Assembly: GCA_000004695.1 (NCBI GenBank)
Contig: CM000155.2
Location: 1,696,001 to 1,760,000, forward strand
Length of the DNA stretch: 64,000 nt
Source of the DNA: Dictyostelium discoideum
Taxonomy: Eukaryota
Direction: 5' to 3'
This document shows positions 15,273-26,571 of the stretch, piece by piece. A model generated the notes under the pieces. The model did no database searches and had not been told where the DNA came from. It was given only the letters and a program-made list of their open reading frames with translations. Position 1 is the stretch's first letter; each line of letters opens with the position of its first letter. Both the position numbers and the translations under genes were made by a program.

Positions 15273-15824
15273 ATGACAACTAAATACATAGTTTTGGTTA
15301 GAGCACTTAGTACAAAGATTAAAATGAAAGATTTAAAAGATCAATTAGAAAAGATTAAAGGATTTAAAAATTTAAAAACATTTTTTACAACTGGAAATAT
15401 TATTGTGGATGTACAACAAACAATGACTAAAAAAGAAGTTTGTATGGAGATTTCAAATGTTCTATCAAATGAATACCAAATGGAGAAACCATTGATGGCA
15501 ATTTTCAATATTGAAGAATATAATGATATATTATCATCAAACCCATATGAAAAATCAAATGAAACTAAAACTGTGATTTTCTTTCCAATTAATGAATTTT
15601 TAAAACAATCTGATTGTGATAAAGATAAAGATTTCATGACAAAATCATCTCAATGGCAATTAGTAAATGGTGTCATTTGGTATTTAGGTCCAACAACTGG
15701 TACTGCTTCTGATGTTAAAATTTTTAAATTAATTGAAAAAAAGATAAAACCAGGTTCAAATCATGAATATACATTTCGTACTTTAAGATCAAGTCAAAAA
15801 ATATTAGATACTGCAAATAAATAA
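15273..15824 (+). CDS. DUF1697-family protein (bacterial-type), 183 aa, intronless
   Basis: The N-terminus KYIVLVRALSTKIKMKDLKDQLEKIKGFKNLKTFFTTGNIIVD matches the DUF1697 signature (yIaLLRGINVGGkn.vkMaeL...l...Gf..V.TyiqSGNvvf). Its length is typical for the family, about 180 aa. It is flanked by long poly(A) tracts like other Dictyostelium genes. Confidence 0.55.
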   Translation: MTTKYIVLVRALSTKIKMKDLKDQLEKIKGFKNLKTFFTTGNIIVDVQQTMTKKEVCMEISNVLSNEYQMEKPLMAIFNIEEYNDILSSNPYEKSNETKTVIFFPINEFLKQSDCDKDKDFMTKSSQWQLVNGVIWYLGPTTGTASDVKIFKLIEKKIKPGSNHEYTFRTLRSSQKILDTANK

Positions 15825-16189
15825 AATAAAGTAAAAATAAAATAAAGTAAAATAAAATAAAATTAAATAAAATAAAATAAAATAAAATAAATAAATTATT
15901 TATTTATTTTTTTTATTTTATTTTTTATTTTTACTTTATTATTATTATTTTTTCTATAACAAAATTAATTTTTTCAGTTTTTTAAAAAAAAAAAAAAAGA
16001 TTTGTTTTTTTTTTTTTCTCTTTTGGTAATTTAATTTTTTACTTTATTATTTTTTTTTTTTTTTTTTTAATTAATTATTTTGTTTTTCCTTTTCTCCAAA
16101 TATAAACTTTTTTATTTTTTTTGTTTTTTATAATTTTGTTTTACTTTTTCTATTATATATATTTTTTTTTTATTATCAAATATAACACA

Positions 16190-17578
16190 ATGGAAAATAA
16201 CTATTTTTGCACAATAAATGATTTATTATTAGATACATCACTGATTGTTGATGAATATTCATGTCCTCTTTGTAATCAAATATTATATAAAGCTGAAATT
16301 TATCAATGTAAAGAGGTATGAAGTTGAAATAGTAAAAAAAAAAAAAAAATTTAATTTCTAGATTTTAATGAAAGTAAAAAAAAAAAAAAAAAAACTAATT
16401 TTTCATTTTTTTTTTTTTTTTTCTGTTTCAACAAAAAAAAAAAAAAAAAAAAAAAAAATTATTGGGGATTTTGGAATTGTAAAGAATGTTGGTTAGATTT
16501 AATAACAGAAGGTGAGCAGCGTAAAGATTGTAAATGTATAATTCAATCAATTAATGATTTATCAAGATCAATATTCATTGAAAATAAATTTTCAAATCAA
16601 AAAATAAATTGTCCATTTTCATTTTCATATATAAAGAAAGATTATCAATATATTGGAGGTAGTGGTGATGATGATGATGATTATGATGATGAAAATGATT
16701 CAATACCATTAATTAAAGATAAAGAGAATGGATGTAAACAAATAATTACAGTGGAAGAATTAGATACACATTTAAAACAATGTCAATTTAAATTTGTTGA
16801 ATGTCCAAATAAAAAGAATGGTTGTGAAATTCAATTTAGATTTAACAAATTAGAGATTCTAAAAGATCATGAACAAATATGTGATTCAAGATTTGAAAAA
16901 TGTAAACATTGTTTAGAATTAATTGTATTTAAAAATTTAAATTCTCATCAAGATCAATGTATTAAAACATTAATTGAGTGTATTAGTTGTAAAAGTCACA
17001 TTGAAAGAGGAAAATTGAAAAAACATTTAAATCTAAATTGTCCAAATGAAATCGTTGATTGTGCATTCAAAGCCAATGGTTGTAATGATCAAATGAAAAG
17101 AGTCGATCTATCACAACATTTATTAATTTCAAAACATATGTTATTCATTTCAGAATCGATTGAAAAACAGCAAAATCAAATCCAACATACTAAAAGAAAA
17201 TATTTAAAATTAAAAAGAAAAATTCAAGAAATTAATGAAAATTCAATTAATAAAATTTATGAAAATGATTGGTTCATAAAGAATTTTACAAAATCAAAAA
17301 AAAAAGTTGGTTCTTTTTTTTTAGGTCCTGAATTTAAAATTGGTTCTTTTGAATTTGGTTTATCATTGTATCCAAATGGTAGAATTGATACATTTGAAAA
17401 TCATTTAGTAATTGCATTATTTGAAAAAAGTGGTCTTTATAAATCAGTAACTGTAGAATCTGATTTTACATTAATTAATAAAGAAGAATCTGATAATAAT
17501 AATAAAAACTATTTTTTTGAAAATTGTAAGTTAAAACTAAATTATTTTAATAAAAAATTCTATACAAATTCTAATTAA
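16190..17578 (+). CDS. TRAF-like protein: N-terminal RING-type zinc finger, zf-TRAF repeats and a C-terminal MATH domain
   Basis: Exon 1 is 16190..16315 (MENNYFCTINDLLLDTSLIVDEYSCPLCNQILYKAEIYQCKE, donor GTATGA). The coding frame resumes by about 16463 (WGFWNCKECWLDLITEGEQRKDCKC...) and is open to 17578. zf-TRAF motifs include CPNKKNGCEIQFRF..HEQIC. The MATH domain shows NDWFIKNFTK...FGLSLYPNG. The exon-2 acceptor is unclear because a 26-nt A run precedes it. Confidence 0.65.
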
Positions 17579-17801
17579 TTTATTTTTATTTAATAATAAC
17601 AACAACAATAACTTTAACAACAATAACTATAACAACAACAACAACAACAACAAATAGTAATTCAACCAAAAAAATGGTATTGTAATAGAATGATGAAATT
17701 TGAAAAGATCAACAAAAATGGGTTTTTAACTAATGATACACTACATATAAAGTTTAAAATTGAAGTTTTTAATTGGATTTTAACACCTTTTGAGACAGAT
17801 G

Positions 17802-17835
<34 letters not shown>

Positions 17836-18169
17836 TAAAAATAAAGGTAAAAAAAAAAAAAATAAAGAAAAAAATTTAAAAGTAAATAAAAAATAAAATA
17901 AAATTGCGGTATAGGCCAATCTTTGGAAATTAAAAAAAGTCAGAAATCTAGATTTTTTTTTTATGAATTATTTTAAAATGATTAATTTTTAAAAAAAAAG
18001 TTTTCCACATACACACGGTTGGAGCTTACAAAATTAGGTAAAGATATATCTAGAAAAAAAATAATAAAATAATAAAAAATAAAAAATACCAATAATATAA
18101 TTATTTTAATAATAATAAAAAAAAAAAAAAATAAAAAAAATAATAATAAAATAAAATTAATAACAAAGT

Positions 18170-20170
18170 ATTAAAAGTAAGAGATTTGGTTATTTAAAAT
18201 AATTACCAATATTGGAAAGCTATCATGTTTACGAATAATTTGACCATTATTATAGTATTGTGGCTCTCTATTTTGGTCTTTTATAGTATATATTTGATCA
18301 TGAACGGAACCTGGGAATCCCTCAGGATGTAGTAACAATAATCTGTATGATCTAGTGCATACCTCACAATGAAATTTGACCACATGACTTTGCTTTTACC
18401 AGAATAGTATTTTTTTTTTGGATTTGGTAATCAGTGGGAGTTTCAATAACAATAGAGGTAGATTCAGCAGCAATTGCACGATAAAGCACATTAGATATAG
18501 GATGTTTTAAAAAGCCAACTGATTCAACAAGTTTATCATATCTCTTTTCCATTTTTTCCTTGCATACAACTCAAAGTGAATGAATGGTTGACTATAGTGA
18601 TTTTGAAATGTTTTTGGACTAATACCAAAAGTAACACATATTTCATAAATTGGAAGATATTGTTTCCAATATAAGAGAGTCTAGCACAAAAAAAAATAAA
18701 AAATAAATAATGTTATTAATTAATTCATTTTATTTTTTACATTTTTTATTTTTTTTTTTTTTTGTTTATAATTTTTTTTTTTTTTTACATTTTGTTTAAT
18801 TTATGACTTGGTGTAATTTTACCAAATTATTTAATTTAATTAAATCTAATTTAATTTAATTTAATTTTTTTTTTTTTCATTTAATTTTAAAAAATGAGTA
18901 GTTTTTAATGGAACATATTATTGTCTAAAAATAGATATTTATTTTTAAAAATAATATTATTTTTTTTTTTCTATTCAAAATTAGAAATTTCCAGAAAATC
19001 TTAAAAAATACGTATTTCATTTTAAAAGTTAAGGTAATTTTGTTTTTTTATCTAAAAAAAAAAAACATATTATTGTAAAAAAGAATATGTATTTTTGGAA
19101 TAATAATATTATTTTAAAAATTTACACAAAAATCTTTTGTCTTTATGAACATTTTAAAATCAAAAATTAAATTAAATTAAATTAAATTAAATTAAATTAA
19201 ATTATATTAAATAGGTATAATTTTTTGACTTGTGGAAAAAAAAAATTATTATGTGAAGGGGTAAAAATTTTTACATAAAATTTAATTATGTTAATCGGGG
19301 TGTTAAATTTTTCTTTAAATTTTTTTTTTTAAGTTGTATTTTTTTGATTAAATAAATAAATTCATAATTATTTCCTTCTATTAATAAAAAAAAAAAAAAA
19401 AAAAAAATTCATAATTATCTCCTTCTATCAATAAAAAAAAAAAATAAATAAATTCATAATTATTTCCTTCTTTTAATAAAAAAAATGGTAAACTCTTGAC
19501 CAAGAAAAAAGCAAATGACTCAACCAAATTTAATGTTGTATTCTTTTGGATTAGAACCTGATATTATAGATAAATTATTAAATTTAATTAATGAAAATGA
19601 AGAACTTAAAGAAAAACGTATTAAAGATAAACATATAATTTGTGTGGGTGTTTAATATTAAAATAAAACTATAAAAAATAAATATAATAATAAAAATAAA
19701 AATAAAAATAAAAAATAAAAAATAAAAATAAATGTTGAAAATGAATAAATTAATAACATTATTTTTTTATTTTTTTTTTTGTGTTAGACTCTCTTGTGTT
19801 GGAAACAATATCTTCCAATTAATGAGATATGTGTTACTTTTGGTAATAGTCCGAAAACATTTCAAAATCACTATAGCCAAACCATTCATTCACTTTGAGT
19901 TGTATGCAAAGGAAATAATGGAAAAGAGATATGATAAACTTGTTGAATCAGTTGGCTTTTTAAAACATCCTATATCTAATGTGCTTTATCGTGCAATTGC
20001 TGCTGAATCTACCTCTATTGTTATTGAAACTCCCACTGATTACCAAATCCAAAAAAAATTACTATTCTGGTAAAAGCAAAAGTCATGTGGTTAAATTATT
20101 CGTAAACATGATAGCCTTCCAATCTTGAGTAATTATTTTAAATAACCAAATCACTTCCTCTTACCTTAAT
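18170..20170. repeat. Roughly 2-kb element-like structure with two long inverted repeats (about 18170-18680 and 19790-20170) around a central segment that carries its own internal direct repeats
   Basis: The reverse complement of 18380-18620 is nearly identical to 19790-20075; both encode MEKRYDKLVESVGFLKHPISNVLYRAIAAESTSIVIETPTDYQIQKK. The left arm holds an extra roughly 150 bp (encoding HCEVCTRSYRLLLLHPEGFPGSVHD...) bounded by a short ggt(c/t)aaat direct repeat and missing from the right arm. The central region has aatttaattt and aattaaatt arrays and a three-copy 45-bp tandem repeat at 19360-19480. The whole structure is flanked by the direct repeat (caa)n-atagtaattcaac at 17634-17668 and 20410-20440. 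Confidence 0.6.
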
Positions 20171-20699
20171 AATTTGTTATTAATTTTTATTTTATTATTA
20201 TTATTATTATTATTTTATTATTACAATAATTATATATTATTGGTATTTTTTATTTATAAAAATTAAAATCTGGGGCAATATAAAAAAAAAAAAAATAAAA
20301 AAAATAAAAAAAAAAAATGTGAAAATTAAAAAAATAAAAAAAAATAAAAATATTTACACCAACTTTTCATTTTTACATAAAATTTATAAAAAAAAAAAAC
20401 AAAAAAAAACAACAACAACAACAAATAGTAATTCAACAATATATTTTTTTTTATGTTTTTTTTTTTACATTTTCTTTTTGGCTTCACATTACTGTTTTTT
20501 TTTTTTTTTTTTAAAATTTTAATCAAACTATTTTTGTGCGATGTCAATTATTTCTAGATTTTTATCTCTTTTTTAGATTACTAAAACAAATATGATAAGA
20601 TTAAAATATTAAAAAAAAAAAATAAGGGGGAATTCAATATTAATTTATTTTTAAAAATGATTGTTTGTATATATACTATATTTTATTTTACTTAATTTT

Positions 20700-20835
20700 T
20701 TTTAAAATTTTTGGGGTTATAAATATATCTCTTATTAAAGATATTTTTAATAATTAAAAATCTCTTATTAAAGATATTTTTAATAATTAAAATTTTTGGG
20801 GTTATAAATATATCTCTTATTAAAGATATTTTTAA
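20700..20835. repeat. Minisatellite of about 55-bp units (ttttggggttataaatatatctcttattaaagatatttttaataattaaaa), two to three copies
   Basis: Read directly in the sequence. Confidence 0.8.
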
Positions 20836-21007
20836 TAACCAAACTCACAAAGATTAAAATTTACCAATCATTTTATAACCAAGACACTATCTTGATTTTT
20901 TTTTTTTTTTTATTTTTTTTTTTTTTTAAAAGTTGCTGTTTATCCATTTAATTTTTAATTATTTAATACTTTTTTTTTTTTTTTTTTTTCTTTATTCTTA
21001 CTAAATT

Positions 21008-21046
<39 letters not shown>

Positions 21047-21074
21047 TTATTTTTGTATAAAAAGTGAAATAAAA

Positions 21075-24000
21075 ATGATTGAAAGTCAAAGGGAATTTAA
21101 TTGTATTGGTGGTGATAATCAGAATGGTGTCGCAGTTATTGGTGTAGGTTTTAAAATCCCATTAGATCTAGAAAATTGTTTATCAAGTCCAAGTGAATTA
21201 TATTCAGCATTATTTAATGAATTTGATAGTGTAACAAAGAATACAAGTTCACGTTGGTCTGATAACTATTTTAAAAATGGTGATATTGTTAGTCTTAGTG
21301 CAGGTTTATTACCACTCAGAGAAATTAAATCATTTGATCCAACTTTTTTCGGTATTAATCCATCCGATGCAGATTTAATTGATCCTCAACAAAGATTATT
21401 ATTAAAATGTAACTTTTTTTTATTTTATTTTTATTTTTATTTTTTTATTATTAACAAATTTAATTAAATAAATATATTAGGTGTTTGGAATGCATTAGAA
21501 GATGGTGGTATTGACCCAATCAGTATTCGTTCATCAGATACTAGTGTCTACATTGGTTGTTCAACTATTGACTATTTTCTTTTAAATAGAAATCCTGTTG
21601 ATCCTCATAATCATGGTATTCAAACCGCAAGTTATTCAATTCCAAATAGAATATCATATTGCTTTGATTTTAGAGGTGAAAGTTTGTTTGTTGACACTGC
21701 ATGTTCATCATCACTAAATGCAGTTCATCTTGGTTACAATTCAATTATAAATTTAAAATCAAAATTATCAATTGTTGGTGGTTCCAATTTAATTTTAGGT
21801 ATGAATTATCTTTTTATTTATTTTTTTTTTTTTTTTTTTTTTGTACTATTATTAATATTATTATTAATATTATTATTATTATTTTTATTTTACTGACATA
21901 TATATATTTCCTAGATCCACAAAATAGTATTTTTTTTTCTAAACAACAGGTGAATGGTCCAAGTGGTAAATGTAATAGTTTTTCAGAAGAAGCAGATGGC
22001 TTTGTTCGTAGTGAGACAGTTGGTGTAGTAGTATTAAAGAATTTAAAAGATGCAATTAAAGATGGTGATAGAATTTATTGTGTAATTCAAGGTTCAAATT
22101 CAAATGTTGACGGAAATTATGAAAAATTAAATTATATTTCACCTTCAAAATTATCACAAGCTGAAAATATTACCAAAGCATTAAAATCAACAAATGGTGC
22201 GGTGAATGCATCTGATATTGATTATTTCGAATGTCACGGTACTGGTACACCAACTGGAGATCCAATCGAATTAGAAGGTATATCAATTGCATTAAATAGA
22301 ACTCAACAATCTACAACATTATCAAATCCACTTTTAATAGGTTCAATTAAATCAAATATTGGTCATGGTGAGGCAAGTAGTGGTATAGCCAGTTTAATTA
22401 AATGTTGTGTAATGTTTAAATATCGTCAATTTTTACCAAATATTAATTTCAAAACACCAAATCCATTAATCAAATTTAAAGAATGGAATTTAAAAGTTGT
22501 AACTGAACCAGTTCCATTCAATAATAATAAACAAACTATTATGGCAATTAATAATTTTGGTGTTTCTGGTAAGATTTTAATATAACAATAATAAGAGCAA
22601 AACAAGATAATCAAACTACTAATATTTACTATTTTTTATTTTTATTAAATAGGATCAAATTGTTGTATTATTTTATCAGAATATAAAAGTAATAACAACA
22701 ATAATAATGATTTTAAAGCAACAACACATTTAAAATCAAAGAAATTTATTATACCATTTTCATCAAATTCCTCAACATCATTAGACAATTATAAATCATT
22801 ACTTTCAAATGAAACAAATAATTTTCAAGATTTTGTTATTAAACAAATTAATAATAAATCAACATCATTAATTCAAAGATCAGTAATCATTGCAAGTAAT
22901 TGGAGTGAATTTAATGAGTCATCAAATGAAATTCAATCAAATATTAAAAAATCAATTATATCTAATATCACAATTAAAAAAAAGAATGCAGTTACAGTAT
23001 TTGTATTTTGTGGTCAAGGTTCGCAATATAATAAAATGGCATTATCATTATATGAAAATGAACACATTTTCAAATCAACAATGGATAAATTAGATAAAGA
23101 ACTATCCAAACACTATGGGTATTCAATTTTAGAAAAATTAAGATCAATTACAGATGAAGATTTAGTAACAATTCATCAACCAATTTTAGCAATTCCAGTT
23201 AATGTAATGGTTCAAGTATCTCTATATGAATTGTATAAACATTGGGGTATTAAATCAGATATTATGGTTGGTCATTCGTTTGGAGAAATCGCTTGCTCTT
23301 ATTGCTCTGGTATGGTTGATTTTAAAACATTATGTTATTTAACATACCACAGATCAGTAGCTCAGAATAAAACAATTGGATCAGGTAAAATGTTATCAAT
23401 TAATATTGGTGCTAAAGAATACTTGGATTCTTATTCAACTAAATATCCATCGGTAGAAATCGCATGTTATAATAGTGAAACATCAATCGTTATTGCAGGC
23501 AATGAAGAATTATTAAATGAAATTTCAAAAGATTTAAAATCAAAAGATATTTTTACAGCAATGTTACCATCATTATCAGCATTTCATACAACACACCAAT
23601 CAGTTATTAAAGATGATATTTGCTCATTGAATTTTAAATCGACATTATCAAAAATAACAGTATTTTCCACAGTCACATCTAATCAGTTTGGTATTAATAA
23701 TAATAATAATAATAATAATAATCAACTTAATTCAAATTACCTTTTTCAAAATGTTATTCAACCAGTTAAATTTAGTGAGACAATATCAAATATATATAAA
23801 TACATTGAATCAAATGATATGGGTAATGAAATAACATTTATTGAAATTGCACCACACCCAACATTACAATATTATTTAAATCAAATGAAGTCACAACAAT
23901 CAGAATACTTTAATAATGGTGAAAAGATTTCAATCTATTCAGCATGTAATAAAAAGAAGAATGATTATAATGAATTTTTAAAAACAATTTCAACATTGTT

Positions 24001-26504
24001 TGTAAATGGTTATAATAATATTAATTTTAAATCTCAAATTATTAATAATAATAATAATGATAATAATAATAATTTTAATTTACCATTATATCAATGGGAT
24101 GATAATGAATATTATAAAATTCATCCAACATGGAAAAAAGCAAATAAAAATGGACCATCAATTAATCATCTTGGAAATCTAAATGATTCTTCAATTAAAT
24201 CATTTAAAACCTATATTAATACAAGAAAACCACAATTCCAATGGTTAAAAGGTCATTCTTTAAAAGGAAAAGTTGTATTCCCTGGTATGGGTTATATTTC
24301 AAATTTACTCTCAGTTTATAATATGAACCAAGATATTACAATTAATGAAATTCAATTCAAAAGTGCATTTATTTTAGTCGATGGTGTTAATAACTGTTTA
24401 GAGACATCGATTGTACCATTAACAAAGAATGAATTCAATATTAAATTTCATTTTAAAGATTTAAAAACAAATAAATGGGTATTATGTGCAAATGCTAATT
24501 ATAGTTTATTTAAACATAATGATAATAATGATAAACTTGATATTGAAAAATTAAAATCTAATTGTAATTATACAATAATTTCAAAAGATGAATTATATAA
24601 TAATATTAGAGCTAAAAGTGGATTGATTTATAAAGGTTTATTTCAAGGTGTTAAAGAAGCTTTCATTGGTAATAGATGTTCGTTAACAGTTTTATCATTA
24701 AATGAAATTGAAAACCAACAAGAGTTTAAACATTTATTAGAGAATAGAAACTTCAATTCATTATTTAATACAGCAATTTTAGATTCATGTTTACATGGTT
24801 CACTTCACTCAAAAGAACAATCTCAAATTTATTTTGACAAATGTGAAGGTTTTAAATATTATTCAAACAATATTAATTTAGCAACTTCGAAAAGAAATGA
24901 GTACAAAGAGATTAATGTTTATATTGAAACGAATCCCGTGATCAATTCAACAGTTATTGTAAGTTTAAAAATTATGTTACCAGATGGAACATTATTAATT
25001 GAAATTCAAAAAGTAGTTTGTAAATCATCAATACCAATTATTGATAGTACCTCAGTTATTCAACCATCACCAAAAGATTTACACACACCATATTATCAAC
25101 CAAAAAACTCATTAATTAAACCACCACAATCATTTAAACATTTACATTGTATGAAAGAATTTGCAAGTATAGAATCTGATAATAGAGAAATGGTGTATAT
25201 GTCAATTTATCATTTAATTTTTAAAGCCATCAATGCTAGATCTCCAACAAAAATCAATTTAGAATCCCTTGAAAATTTAACATTAGATCAATTTAAAGAA
25301 TTAATAAAAGACAGTGCAGCAAATATTCAACGTTCCAATCAATTTATATATGAATGTTTAAAACTATACCATACAAATCATTCAAATTATAAAAAAAATC
25401 AAATTAAAGATTTTATTAAAGAATGTGAAGATTTTAATGGATATAATCAAATAATTTTTAAAACAATTAAAATCTATGCAAAATCATTATTCCCATTACC
25501 AGATGACGATCCATTTACAGATACAATTCAATCATTGTTTGAAGATGATCAATTAGAAAACGTTTACATCCATTTAAAACACCTTTATCCAGTAAACAAT
25601 TTATTAAGTGAAATCGTTTTTCAATCAATTAAACCAATAATAAATCAAACATCAACATTTAGAATTTTAGAAATAGGAGCAGGTTATGGTACAATCTCAC
25701 AATTAATATTTGACAAACTCGAACAACTATTAGCAGATAATTTCACATCATCAAGAATTGATATAGAATATACATTTACTGATATTTCAAATACTTTCTT
25801 ACCAAGAGCAAAAGAGAGATATTCAAAATATAAAAGATTCAACATAATTTACAAACTCTTAGATTTAGAACTTCCTTTAACAGAGGGAATTCAAGATTTT
25901 AGACCATTATATTATGATATAGTTGTTATGTCAAATGTTTTACATGTTGTAAAAGATATTAATTTCAGTACAAATGAAATCTATAAAGTTTTAAAACAAA
26001 ATGGTCAATTAATATTTGTAGAACCAACATATAAAAATTTATATCTTGATACTATATTTGGCATATTTCCACAAGTAAGTAGTTATTAATATTTATTATT
26101 ATCTATTTATTAATCTAATATATTTTTTTTTGTAAGTGGTGGTCATTTAATGATGATATTAGAACTGATAGATGTTGTCTTGAACCTTCAAAATGGTTTG
26201 AATTTTTAGAAACAATTAATTTTAAAGATACAATTATTTTGGGTCAAGATAACAAAGAAATCTTGAAAAATGTTGAAAATTCAATAATATTAGTACAAAC
26301 TAGAAAACCATCACAACTTGAATTATCGATAAATAATTCACCATCAACCAACCAATTCAAATCTTTTGAAAACATAATATTATATACTGATGATAACCAA
26401 CAACCAAATGATTGTAGTGAAATTATCGATTTATTAAAATCATTAGAACTACCAATTAAAATAATTAACAATATAGACCAATTTAATCAAATTATTAAAA
26501 CACA

Positions 26505-26571
<67 letters not shown>

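Noticed and set aside
18830-19210. Arrays of aatttaattt and aattaaatt short repeats, considered as a possible CRISPR-like or satellite array
   Set aside because: Eukaryotic AT-rich microsatellite. No repeat-spacer architecture; no cas genes; the organism is not prokaryotic.
22970-22984. Possible 1-nt longer A run (A9 versus A8 in copy 2) in exon 4 of PKS copy 1, which would shift the frame
   Set aside because: The supplied ORF track (ORF starting at the ATG at 23036, and the separate 22890..23093 ORF) is only consistent with the in-frame A8 version. My hand count of this homopolymer is therefore unreliable, and I do not claim a lesion in copy 1.
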